From Psammoneis japonica (lineage: Eukaryota): a stretch of 64,000 nucleotides of DNA. The DNA lies in the NCBI GenBank assembly GCA_008632985.1, contig QPGO01000027.1:620001-684000 (forward strand), in the 5' to 3' direction. Both the position numbers and the translations under genes were made by a program. This document shows positions 26,207 through 38,337 of the stretch, in pieces (position 1 is the stretch's first letter; each line of letters opens with the position of its first letter). The notes under the pieces were generated by a model that made no database searches, was not told the origin of the DNA, and worked only from the letters and a program-made list of their open reading frames with translations.

Positions 26207-26558
26207 TCGCAACAAGTCTAGAAAACATGTTGCTACTCTCTCTCTCTAACGTGGTCCATCATAGCATACTGTCTGGCCGTTTTAATGAAGGTAGAGTTTG
26301 GATTGGAATAGAAAAAAGGATCGATGCTCAATGTTATTGATGTGTGGAAATGCGAGGCGCGCCATTTTTGTATTCGAATGTTGGGCGGTTGTGCTTTTTC
26401 CGCTTGACGTAGACTGCACTACACTTTCTACGCGGGTGCACACTTTTCCCCGACACAACACAACCATCACACATCGAACATCAACACAACATCGGCATTG
26501 CTTCGATCGAATCCTCTTTTGCGCTATCGCTCTTCTCTCTGTAACGCACATTCCTACC

Positions 26559-27538
26559 ATGAATCGCACTGCTGCTCCCGCTAATAACAAGGGCCTCGTT
26601 GAGAGGAACTCGGTTCAATCGCAGTTTTCCGAGTTGACTCGCGAACGCGACGTGCTTCGTCACGCGGCCCAAGCCGCCGATCGCGAACGCAAGACCCAAG
26701 AACGAGCCATTCAAGCTCTTCGTGAGACGGAAACGTCTCTCAAGGAATCGATGCAAAAGGCTCATGCGACGCTTGGTATGGAAACCAAGAAACGCGTTTT
26801 GTTGCAACAAGAACACGAGGCCAAAACGCGCGTCATGAAGGAGGAGCGGAACGAGATTGACAAGCTGAGCAGTGATTTGGTCGACATGGAAAAGTCGGAG
26901 CAAGCAAAGAAGGTTTCCTTTTGTAAGGAAATGTCTGTCATCAACAAGGACATGGAGGACGCGCTCCGTCTACAGGAAGAAATCAAACTCCGTAGACTCG
27001 TCATGGTGCCGACCGTGGAGCTCCTATTGAAAACGCTCGGAGCAACGGAAAGCAGCATCCCGTTGAATCAACAGGAACGCGAGGTTCTCGGTGCCGGTAT
27101 TCTGGAGGCTCTCGATGTCCTCAAGGAGGCCACCGGCAAGAAGGAGAAGGAAATGCAGTACCTGGCAGAGCTGGAAGCAGAAGCGAAGGAGTTGCGCGCC
27201 CAAGCCATCAAAGGCCACGGAACCACGGAAGAAGGCGGCAAGGTGAGTACAATGCAAATTGTCAATACTTTGTGATTTGTCTACGTTATTCATAATACTC
27301 ACAACAATATGTATTGATTCGCCTTCTATCATTTTTGCAGCCTCTTGGCGAACAGGAACTGAACGAGCTTGAGGTTCTTTGGGAGCAGAACTGGGAGGAT
27401 CAAGTGATGGAGGATTCCGCGGAACCTCAAGTCGGGGCGAATGCTCATGAAGAAACGGTCGGGATGCAGCTCTTTTACGGCGGCCAGCCGGATCATCTCG
27501 CTGTCGACACGGACATGTCGGTAGAACCCGTCATGTAA
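26559..27538 (+). CDS. Coiled-coil protein of unknown function; join(26559..27242,27341..27538)
   Basis: Glu/Lys/Arg-rich heptad ORF with normal composition. A GTGAGT...TTTTGCAG intron (27243-27340) joins the exons in frame. Confidence 0.7.
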
Positions 27539-27736
27539 GCCGAGCACAAGCGAAACCGGGACGAAATTATGGACAAGAAACTACACTCTGCGAAAACTCC
27601 CCCCGCCGTCGAAGGCAGCTACCGCATGGTGGAACAATAGGAATTGAACTACAGCATCAGACTAGTAGCACAAAAACGGTTTCAACTTTCCTTATCTTGT
27701 AGCTATTAGCACGATCTCCACCAGCCGGCGTCTCGT

Positions 27737-29332
27737 TCAATCCAGTTCAAATCTAGCAGCAATCGACATGTGATCCGATGGATATCGCAATCCTGGAAGG
27801 TATCCATCCTTCTCAATTTCCTGCGGATCTGGCATATCGAGCGTGTGTGTACACCGAAGCCCCTTGTTGGTGTAAAAGATGTAATCTATTATGCGCTGGA
27901 CCGTATCGTCACCCCGTGTTTTCCACGTTGTAAAGAATCCGTTTCGAGGAGGGTCCACGGGGTAAGCTGAAAAGAATCTTCGAGATTGCGATGATGATCG
28001 GTGATTCTTTAGTATCCGCTTGACGCAACCGGCGCCAATGACCGAAGGAGGGTCGGAATTCAAGTCGCCAAGGACAAGAATTGGCACTTCCTGGCTGTCG
28101 TTATTATTATCGTCGTGGTCATTAGCCATTTCCTTTTGAAGATCAGCTGCACGAAGGGCTATCTTCTCCGCATGTTCAAGTAGCTCTGAGATTTGTGCGG
28201 TTCTTATTTGTTCGTTGGCTTTGCTCCTTTGTGCCTTGAGGTGCGTCACGGCAACTACCATGAAACGATTGGAGGCACGGTGCTTGAGAATTACAACTCC
28301 AAAGACTTGTGTCCCCACACGATAATGTTCGGAATGCTCTTCTATTAATTCAAAAGTATCATTCCGGTAGAATAGGGCGCAGCCGTCCGAATACCATCCC
28401 AACCGAGCTCCTGGAGCACGCGGTTTGGGGAGAAAGATTCCTTGGTACCCAAACAAGGCCAACATTGGGGCAAAGAAGCCACCATATCGATCCAGTTCTT
28501 CTGAAGCAATCAAATCAAACAATTTGAATTCCTCGTCTCCGCCTACTGTTGTGGATTCTTTGCTGTCGTTTGCAGTAGTGTCTTCCTCGGATGACAAGGC
28601 AGCATCGTCATTGTGTTGGCAAAGCATGACCTCCAAGAGACGCCATCGTCGCAAGTCAAAATCTACAATCTTTCCGGGGTCGTCCTTTGACTTTGAAAAC
28701 TTGGAAAATCCACCGTAATTGCTCTTTTGTCGGGACTTTTGCTCCGACTTTGCGGGTACCGGAAACGGAGTTTGAGCGTTCGGTCCGCAGCAGAGTCCCT
28801 CGGCAAGTGCGTTGAATTGCATGACTGAGAAAGAATAAGTTTCTTCCTTGGCTTGATCGCTGCGCTTGTTGTTGAGAAGGGGTTGTATTATTCTTCTCGG
28901 TGAAAGCATACCAAGTAGACCACTAGACTTTGCTTCCTGCCATGCTCGCGGATAGAGATCTGCGCGGCCGCACTCTTGCTGAACCTGAATCGTTTCTCCA
29001 ATCTTGTTGAGCACATCTTGTCGACTTTGAATACCATCAAGACTCTTGTCTGGACCTGCTTGAAGTCGAATCCATCGATAAATTTCATCCTCATCTCGAA
29101 TCTCTGGCCCTTCAGGAGAAACTGAACACTGCGAAGTAAACTCATTGTTTTGTGATATTAGAGTCACATTTTCGTATGCTTCGCATCCAAACTTGTCAAC
29201 TACCAAACAGTACCCGCTCGGAACTGCATTATCCTTGTCCATAGTTCCTACTACAGCTTTTGGTGGTGGTGGAGATGACGCCGTGTGATTGCCATCTGCG
29301 GCAGAACCGTCTCTCTGACCGCCTCGCAGCAT
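27737..29332 (-). CDS. Nocturnin/CCR4-like EEP-family phosphatase
   Basis: Motifs MQFNALAEGL, EELD, DGCALFY, VTHLKA, GDLNSDP, TTWKTRG..IDYIFY and YPSDH. Start taken at the first ATG and uncertain. Confidence 0.85.
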   Translation of the reverse strand: MLRGGQRDGSAADGNHTASSPPPPKAVVGTMDKDNAVPSGYCLVVDKFGCEAYENVTLISQNNEFTSQCSVSPEGPEIRDEDEIYRWIRLQAGPDKSLDGIQSRQDVLNKIGETIQVQQECGRADLYPRAWQEAKSSGLLGMLSPRRIIQPLLNNKRSDQAKEETYSFSVMQFNALAEGLCCGPNAQTPFPVPAKSEQKSRQKSNYGGFSKFSKSKDDPGKIVDFDLRRWRLLEVMLCQHNDDAALSSEEDTTANDSKESTTVGGDEEFKLFDLIASEELDRYGGFFAPMLALFGYQGIFLPKPRAPGARLGWYSDGCALFYRNDTFELIEEHSEHYRVGTQVFGVVILKHRASNRFMVVAVTHLKAQRSKANEQIRTAQISELLEHAEKIALRAADLQKEMANDHDDNNNDSQEVPILVLGDLNSDPPSVIGAGCVKRILKNHRSSSQSRRFFSAYPVDPPRNGFFTTWKTRGDDTVQRIIDYIFYTNKGLRCTHTLDMPDPQEIEKDGYLPGLRYPSDHMSIAARFELD

Positions 29333-30195
29333 GGCGTTCAAGCAAAGATGTCCTCGATTGGGACTGTCTGCAGCGCAATACCAACCAGAGTAACCAAGCC
29401 CTACTACTTGACTGAGTCCAAAACAGATCTTCCTCTCAGAGTAGCAAACGATGAAACAGAAACCGAGGCAATCGCGACGAAGGTCGTCAAAGTGATTGCG
29501 AATCGAGTAGATGAGAAGTTAAAGGACATGTGAGTCCCTGTTTCGTAGTGACTGTCGAATCTTTCCTAAAGATCACTTCTAACAATTGTAAAGCGTTCAC
29601 TTGATTCTAGTTGACAGGATTATACAGTTACAGCTCTCCTGAGTTCGACATGGGTTGCATTTTCATGGCCAAGTTGCCAAGTTGTGAGTGAGAAAAACTC
29701 CCTCCACGTTGACACACTCGAGCGAAGACAGCTTGGAGGGAGTTTTCATTTTCCAAATGTAAGATTCCCGATTCCTTTTGCGATTACCACTTACTGAGTT
29801 TCTCACGTAGAAATGTAGTACAAACACACAGCGCCGCACATTTTGCAAGGTGCGTGTTGTTGTTGTATGGGAGAGACTGACCATGGCGTCCTTTGTGTAC
29901 CATGCCTACCTTTGTTCTTGTTATTTAGCCGATGGTGGAGCTATTGAGTCGATATGCACGACTGTATCGCAAGTGGGGTCTGAGGGAAACACAAAACGAC
30001 GGACGACCTCATTCGTTCATGACCTGATTGTTTTTCTCCGCCTTGATCTTTTCGCGCTGAGGGATTCCCTTTTGTAGTCCGCCCCTACGTGCACCCGCTA
30101 CGAGTCTGGAATCATCTTTTGACGTCTGAAGAATTTCTGCTCACAAATTGCGTTTCTTTCCCTCTCGACAGTCTGTACGGTAGAAACACTCCACC

Positions 30196-30639
30196 ATGGA
30201 CGCTGAAAAAGTTGCAGAGCTTCGTAAGAAGCGCGCCTTCCGTAAATTCACCTTTCGTGGAATTGAGCTCGACCAGATCTTGGACTTGACCAACGATGAG
30301 CTCATGGATCTCGTCACGGCCCGTGCTCGCCGCCGCATGTCCCGCGGTCTCAAGCGCAAGCCCATGGCTCTCATCAAGCGTCTCCGTCAGGCCAAGAAGG
30401 AGGCTGCTCCAGGAGAAAAGCCCCGCGGTATCAAGACTCACTTGCGAGACATGATTATCGTGCCTGAAATGATTGGAAGTATCATTGGTATTTACAATGG
30501 AAAGATGTTTTGTGGTGTGGAGATGAAACCGGAAATGATTGGAATGTATTTGGGAGAGTTTGCTATCACGTACAAGCCTGTGAGGCACGGACGTCCCGGT
30601 GTTTCTGCAGCGCACCAGACTCGGTTTATTCCACTTTAA
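30196..30639 (+). CDS. RPS15: 40S ribosomal protein S15 (uS19)
   Basis: [12 protein letters not shown]..., [39 protein letters not shown]. Intronless. Confidence 0.97.
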   Translation: MDAEKVAELRKKRAFRKFTFRGIELDQILDLTNDELMDLVTARARRRMSRGLKRKPMALIKRLRQAKKEAAPGEKPRGIKTHLRDMIIVPEMIGSIIGIYNGKMFCGVEMKPEMIGMYLGEFAITYKPVRHGRPGVSAAHQTRFIPL

Positions 30640-30692
30640 AAAAAGTAACAAAATTTGAATATTCAGTGGAATCTTTAGTACAAGTTACAGTG

Positions 30693-33659
30693 TCATAGCG
30701 ATGGCTGTAACGTCACTCCTCGGTGAATAGGGAGAGGTCTGCATGGATTGACAATCTCTAAATCCATGACCTTTGAGGAAGGCTTGTGCGGAACCGTTTC
30801 GCTGGCTTTGTTGCTCGTGCGATGGTTTTTGAGTACACAGGTGCGAGGTCTTCGTGGCGGCGATTCAGAAGAAGTGGATTCAGACTCAGATGAATCCGAT
30901 TCGCTTTCGCTAATGTGCTCCTGTTCTAGTAAGTACCCTCTAGATAACAGCCTCTCGATCTGGCACTTTGAACTCAGGTTGAGACGAATCCTAAAGACGA
31001 CATCACGTGTGATTTGCTGAATCACGCCACGGTATTGCTGTGCATTGTCCAACAAGGAGGTTGCAAAGTTAGTTAGGCAAGAACGCGAAAAGAAATGTCA
31101 ACACCAAGCGTGTAAAACAGTACACACACTCACTCCCCCATTCTCCAAGCGAACCACCACCATACCAGGTTTGACGTCTTGTTCTCGAAGTTCAACTGGC
31201 CTTTCGCGTCCTGGGATGCGCAACGTGTCATAAGAAACAAACTCATCGTGAAACGACGGGAGGTTATCATATCTGAATAACGCAAAAAGTTGTGCCCCAT
31301 CTTCTATATCTAGCACTTCACCAGTGACTTTCTTCCCCAGCAACTGAACGGAGACGGCATCGCCCACTGACACCTTGGCATTCTCCGAAAGCCTGACATC
31401 GCGCACCGTGACTCTGGGTAGTCTCAGAAATAGCTTTTCGGGGTCAGCATGCTTAGGAACCACTGCAGCACAATCCACCTTCGTTATCGCACTCATCTGA
31501 GTTGGATCTATATCGCTAGCAGCATCCCTCGTTGATGCGGCAGGCTTTCGGTGAACCTCGCTGGTTGCACTTGCCTTTGGTTTGCTTGTCCGAAAGGGCG
31601 GCACCTTTTTGAGGTGCCGGTAACGAATTTCGTGAAGGCACAGATCCATATCTTCCACCAGTGTATCCCAGTCATGCTCTGGATTATCATCTTGAAACCA
31701 CCAAGGTTGCTTATCCATTTCCCATACAATATCTTTCTTCATCTGATGATTTTCGTTGAACATCGATACACGTCGAGCAACCTCGCAGACAATATTCCGC
31801 AACGCACGGGTTGTGTTGACCAACTTTTTCATCTCCTCTGAAGCTGGCGGCAGTTTCTTGCCTGCCTTGACCATGGAACGCGCCTCATCCACATGCTTGT
31901 CCAGCTTGTTGATGAGCTCTGACGCACAATTCCAAATCACGACATCATGACTAATTTCAGGTGCGTCCTCGTCAATCATGGAGTGCAAAAACGCTGCCAA
32001 ATTCACAGTATCCAGATGAAAGCGAGAATATGACAGACACGGTGTCACGTTGCGGCATTGATGATAAGTACCCTGTGGCATCAACAGGATTTCTCCAGGA
32101 TTGACTGTCGTCTTCCAAATGCGGGCTTGTGGCAAGAGAGGGTATGAGTTCAAGCAAATATTCTCAAGGCTCGCTTGCAAATGATCGAGAAAACTAATGC
32201 CATCTGCCCGATGCACCATCACACACTCTTTCTTACCCACAATCGGGGCAATGGAAATCGCTAAGCCACCTGGGTCACAGTGAAGTTTGGAGAGAGTTTC
32301 CTCTCTACCCATGAAAAGGTACTGAAGGGGGCAGTCCAACTTACACTGTGGTAGATCGATCCAATACTTGAGAATATCTTCTCCAAGGATATCATATGGA
32401 AGGGGTGTGTTCTGGTGACATAGCTTTCGTCCTGCCGTATCCTTAATTGGAAACTGCCACTGATGTAGATACAGACGCTGAGCAGCACGAGTGGCAGTAG
32501 ACGAGCCTTCTGTGTCGGTGGGCCAACACTCCTTCAAAAATGTGGCGGCGGGAATTTCTTCGCGGATAGGATTTGCATCATCGTAGTCTCGACGAACAAC
32601 AGGAACATATTCAGACCCAATGTCTTCTATCATTGCCTCGATATCCAACTTATGTGGCTTTGAAAGGTCTAGCAAGTCATCCTCAGCGCAAGCTGTAGAC
32701 ACTTTTTCATCAGATAGGCAACCTCGTTCCACTTGAGGTGATGAGAGCCAACGCTTGGCGAAATTGGCCCACCCAACGTGCCCAGTAAGCACCACCGGCG
32801 TACCATTCTTGCGTGCTTCCGTGACCAAAACTCGTGAATTTTTATCATGAACATTGATCCGTTGCACTATTTGAAACTCAACCTGCTCCTCGTCGTTCCA
32901 TTTCCATGGATCATCGCAGTTATCATAGATCAAATCAGACGGCTCTTGTTTCGCCTTAGGAGCTTGCTTGGTGGCGTCAATGGGCGGAGCATTCTCTGGG
33001 CCTAAATGAACCTTCTCGTTGTCGAGGGAGATATTGTTCAAAACTTCCGATTCAGGACGAGCTTGCTCACAACTTCCAACCTTATCTAGACAAAGATTGT
33101 CTTTGGTAGCCTTACAGAAAGGAATAGATTCTGGATTCATCAGACTGAGGCCAATTTCTGGATTCTTAAGGTTCTGTGTTGATGTGGCTTCTGACGCGCT
33201 GTACAAGCCCAATCGACGTTCAGCTTCCCGACGCTTGATTTCCCTCTGGCTCTCCTCGCTAACAAAATTTAAGGCCTCCGCCATGGCCGTGTCACAAAGA
33301 TTATCCGTTGGCTCCCAGGTGTTTTCACTCTCCGAGCATCCTTTCCATCGAATTAGATACTCCTCCTTACCGTTTCTTACACGACGGCCAACAACTTTTT
33401 CTACTTCCCAGAACGTTTCATCCTTGACAGAAGAAACCACGCTGGGGCCCTCTTCTGCTTTGCGGCTCTGGATCTTGTTGTTGCGCCTTCGTTCTGCACG
33501 CCGCCTCTTAGCGCTGGGCTTTTTCGGTGGATTCTTCTTACGTGCTGTTTCTCGATTTCGTTTCTTATTTTCGGTTTTAGTCTTGTCTGCCATGAGCAGT
33601 GGTGCTGGAGCACGTGGCTGTTGCAGCGACGACGCCGCATCCACGGGGGGGAGCTCCAT
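30693..33659 (-). CDS. Chromodomain + JmjC 2OG/Fe oxygenase protein with possible C-terminal Tudor-like module; complement(join(30693..31037,31134..33659))
   Basis: Chromodomain WEVEKVVGRR..EYLIRWKG..ENTWEP..NL. JmjC LFMG..LSKLHCDPGG..GKKE..PGEILLMPQGTYHQCRN with the HxD...H triad. A 96-nt GTGAGT..CTAAC..CAG intron (31038-31133) joins the last exon in frame. Confidence 0.85.
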
Positions 33660-35902
33660 TGTTGGTATCACAACCGGTAGTGTGCTTCAGTGCGTTGATG
33701 AATGAAGCAAGGCTGAAGATTTTTTGCAAGTGAAGTGCGCCGGCCGCATCGCCCTCCGCTCTCGCGTAGAAATTGTACTAAAAGCCACGTGAGCCAGAAC
33801 CCGAACTTTTTGGCGCATTGCAGTTTAGGCGCCCAAAAGCCATTGCTCGCCTCTTGTCAGGTCTCAGGTTGCGTTTGCCATGGCGTTTGCAGCGTGCTAA
33901 ATTGTTGGACTAAAGAACTGCCCCTGACAACTCCTGTCCATTGCATCCACAAAGACAGTGCACCCCAATGGTGGATTGTTGCTCTAAAAATAATGAGACT
34001 TTCTTGCACAGCCACCAGCGTGCGCAGCCACACAACATGCCAGGAACAAACGCTCGAGAAGCATCTCCCCAGTGCTTGTTTTTGCTTGCGCACATTCTTT
34101 CAACAAACGCGCTGTGTGTCCATTGTCAGTGAAGCTCTCCAGAACACACTCCTTTGCACAAGCATGCAGTTGGACTCTTTTGGATGCCCCAAGATGCTTG
34201 ATCAGCCCAGCCATGACACAAGCGGTGAGAACTCTTTGTGGTGCAGACCCAAAAACCGCTGGCTCTCCTGGCTCTCTGTTGTTCTCAGGATGACCCACCT
34301 CTTCTTGTGGCCCTTCCTCTTGTTGCCACCCACACTTCACCAGCTCCTTGGGCATCTTGCTCACCTTGTGCTGGGCCCTCACCAGACTTCTGCTCGTCCA
34401 GGCACGACGGTGTGATGCATGACTTGCAGTGCATCCTCCCTCTGCCTTTTCAGGGTGCTTTTCACATCATTCCCCAAGAGGTGCAGCAATCTGACACCTG
34501 CCACCCACTCAAAAAGCTCAGCCAAAAGTGTCTTCTTCTTGCAAGCACAGTCCAAGAAGATGACTGCCAAATGCTTGCCTTCCTCAATCTTCAAAGCCTT
34601 GTCACAGGCTTGGTGGCAGCACACTTTGCACTCTTTTCTGAAAGCCCAACTGGCAGCTGGTGCAAAATGCCTTGCTGACAGACCTTTCAAAGCCTCCACC
34701 CAAAAGGCTCTGCAAACAACATGCCAGCAGCCCAATGACATGTCTTCTGGAGTGCCCTGGAAGCCTGCTGAAGAAGTGGTCTGTGCCTCTTCCTTCTGTG
34801 CACATCAAACCATGCAAGCTTGAGAGATGATGCCAGACTCACTTTGCACAAGTCATTGCATCTTGTCAAAGCCATGATCTGCCTCCTGTTCTCTGCACAG
34901 CTTTCTCACACACCTGCTGGCCAAGCAAAGCAGCAAAAATGTCAAGCTGATGTGCCATGCACCCCATCTTCTCAGTGGCAGCATTGTTTTTTGTTTGTTG
35001 GCATGGGTGGGGTGGTGGCTTGCAATGGCATGCTTGGACCCAAGAATCAACTCCTCTCCTCAAGCCACAATTTTCCTTGGCAACTTTGCTTTCCAACTTG
35101 ACATGTTTGCTTCTTCAAAAGCATCAGCATTCTTTCACAAGGAGGAGTCAATCATTTTTCCCTTTTGCTGGTTAAAAAACAGAGCAACAAATCTGCAACA
35201 ACTTGCTTTGTTCAGTTGTCTCAAATGCCACAATTGCTGACATGAGTTGTGCACTTGGACTTTCCATGTCACTTCCCAGCCAGCTTTTGACAGTGGCTCT
35301 CCTGTTTGGCCAAGCTGCCCCTGACAAGAACTCCTGCCTGTTGCATTGTCAAACAAAGTGCACCAAGACACCAGAGGTTGAGCATCACTTTGAAAAAAGA
35401 GAGTGCTGCCAGTTGCACACACATTCACACAATCCAAACAACATTGCATTTTTGCCTCAACCAACAGACCGTCACCATCAGCAGCAAGTCAGCATCAGAA
35501 AAAATTGCTCCAATGTCAATTCCTCACTGCTGAGCCAACAATGCAGATGAAAAGGGGGAGAAGAGCTTGTCAGCTTTGTGCTGATTCAGCTGTCAGCAGC
35601 ACTGCTTTCATGGTGAGTTCTTGAGATTTTGTGAGAACCCAGCAGAGAGGATCATGTCCTGAGGTTTGGTCTCAGTTCAAAAATTCATTAAAAAATGGTT
35701 GACTTCATTGTGAGCAAAGAAGCCATGGCAAACAGCTTTCTGTTGATTGCCAAGTTGAGCAATCTGCTTGGCATGCTGACCCTGACAAAATTGACAAGCC
35801 TGCACCAGAGACATGCCTTTTGAATTGGGAGCAAGTCTTTTGCTGCTCTGTGTTTTTTTCACAGTGGCAAACTGAGGACAGGCATGGAGAGACAGAGCTT
35901 GG

Positions 35903-36553
35903 ATGATTGATGATGCAAAATCTGTTCAGCTTGTGTCCACTTTTCTGTGCAAGCACACATTGGCAGTTTCCATGTGGAATCCCATGTGTTTTTTGCACCA
36001 AGCAGCCATCACCATGATGACCCCTCCACCACCACAGACTGGCCCTGCCAGTGCCCCCCCCCCCCCTGATCCACCTCTGGTTCAGGACCCTGCTCCATCA
36101 ACTCCAATGAGGAGTGGCTCTGGCAAGTCCAATCCATTGGTTCCAAAGGAAATTGCCATCCATTTTGAACTCACCTCTCTAGATGACAATGCTTCTGCAG
36201 TCTCAGCCATGGGGCACACAGCCATCCTCTGTGCCCTCCAACAGAAAGCAACTCAGGACCCTTCAACACACAAAATCTTGATCATGTTGAACCGTGGTGT
36301 TGATGTTCCCAACATCAAGTGGATGTCAGGCCTCATCCATTCCCAACACTTTGTCGTTCACCAAGTTGGCGGAACCCACCACCATGCCCCAACGCACATT
36401 GTCGCTCACCACATCCGCACCGCACTTTCCTTGTCAGATGTCAGGAATGTTCCCTTTGTTCACAAGGTCCTCAAAGACAATGGCACTTGTGTGCGCCGTC
36501 ACAAATGGGATGAGACTGTGGTCAATTTATCCCGAGTTGCTCTTCTTTTTTAG
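35903..36553 (+). mobile_element. Possible non-LTR ORF1-like relic
   Basis: HHIRTALSL..V...L......RRHKWDE pattern recalls ORF1 of diatom LINE-like elements. Recall only. Confidence 0.3.
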
Positions 36554-37269
36554 ACAATGTGCCGAAACATTGTCGGGCTGACATTGCACAGAAATGCCCA
36601 CTGTCACTTTTGCTCCATGCAGCCATTCTAAAGTTCCTTTCAGGTTGATTGTCCAATCGGCATCATTCCCAAACAACAAAACCACACGCGCAAATTTTTG
36701 CACAATTGAAACCCCCGTGATCAAGCCAAGGATGTGATTGCCACCTTAAATGGAAGCATTGAAAGAGCATCCCTCAGCAGTGATTTTCTTGTGCTGGTGA
36801 CACTCTCATCCAGAAGAATTTGACAAAGTGGTGCACAAGCAGTGAAAACAAGCACCAAGACTCACATGATTCCCTTGTTGCACCATGCAGATGGCATGCA
36901 CTTCATGTGTCAGACAAAATTTCTGCTGCCCCCGGAGCATCAGACGTGGTCCCTTCCCAGCACAAATTGACAGTTCCTTGTCACAACATTCTTGTGGACA
37001 AAGCCCACTTTCACCAAATCAAACAATGCATTTCCGACAACTTGCCCGGTTGGATGAATGATCTCCCAGAAAATGAGTCACCTCATCACAACCAATTCCG
37101 CCCAATGATTCCCGGCATCAATGATGAAATGTCCAATGCGGTTCAGTTGATCACTTCCAGGCATCCCTTGATGTGTCCAATGTTTCTCCATCCAGATCAC
37201 AACCTGCCTGCTCCCAACTCCGAGCAGCCACCAGTTTTCCCACCGGTGCCTCAGAACAGGAATGCCCAA

Positions 37270-37600
37270 AGAGGGATCTGACACAGCCGACAGGTTGGCC
37301 GTGGCAGTGGCATCAGCTTTGGTGGATGGTTGCCGGCATGTTGAGCAGAAGAGTGTCCCTGATGCACACCCATCTCACCCGTTTCCTTGTTCACACACTT
37401 GTCACACCAGTGCCAGGTGGTGCCTTTGGCATCGGCGATGGTCACACCTTTGTGGATGAAATGCCAGGCAGGCTTGGATGATTTCTTGGAGGGGTCAGGC
37501 ATCTTGACGCTGCCTGCGGTGTCCAAAGGGTCATCCTTCTGTTGGTCCACTTTGCCCTTCCAGTCTTTCCTGTGCTGGTCCTTGCAGGTGGGACACGTGC
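37270..37600 (-). mobile_element. LTR retrotransposon gag C-terminal relic
   Basis: WHWCDKC......G.H....H His/Cys knuckle preceded by a C..C...H remnant, as in diatom copia gag tails. Confidence 0.4.
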
Positions 37601-38337
37601 TCCTCACTGGGCACAGGCGAGAGCACTCAGCTCTGGCGAAGCAAGCAGACCAAGCTGCCAGGATGGCTCAGCTGCCAGCAGAGCCAGTGGGAGTGCAGTG
37701 CAACAACCAATGGAATGATCAACAGGCTTGTGTCACAACTGCACATGTGCAACAAGTGAGCCCATCAGAACCCTCTCACAGCCATCAAAAAGTTCCCTCC
37801 AAGGACACTTCACTGATGACCTCGCACATGACCTCACACTTGACAAGTTGACTGTCACCAGCAGCACACCAAATTGTGCTCAACACTGCGACATTCACTT
37901 GGCACAAGCTCAGTGTTCAATGCCTTCCAACCCCAGTAGAATTCCATGTGGAGCACCAGAATTGGCGTCAATGTAGATGTGCTTGAGCATTGTGTTTGAG
38001 CACGACAACTGCCGATTTTTCGCTCTCGACGACACCACGATGAGATGCTCCGTCGAATGGGTTTGGCCCCAAGGAAGCTTTTCTGCTTAGCATGAGTGGT
38101 GCCACATTGTCGTTTATATGTGTGGATGATGCTGAGTGGGTCGTGCTAAGTACATTTGCCTCCATCACGCACAGACCGAGTTTGCCATTTCACGTTTGTT
38201 TCGTCGTGCTTTGGAGTCAATCGCTGGTTTAGTCGAATTAATCCCCATATTCACGCCACGGCGCGGCGTTCTTCGTTCCGCCCTCGACCCTCGACGAATT
38301 TTCATTGAAGGCGGCGCATACGATTCGATCGAACATT

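Larger units (their letters stand above)
33850..38100. other. TpA- and CpG-depleted degenerate block C
   Basis: Same composition as block B. Contains retroelement-like relics. Confidence 0.85.

Noticed and set aside
24650..26215. Antisense ORFs over DBP10 (similarly over the JmjC, Crinkler-like and HA genes)
   Set aside because: Shadow ORFs of real coding strands.
26298..26558. N-terminal extension of the coiled-coil ORF from a TTG start
   Set aside because: It looks like intergenic or 5' UTR sequence. The ATG at 26559 is the plausible eukaryotic start.
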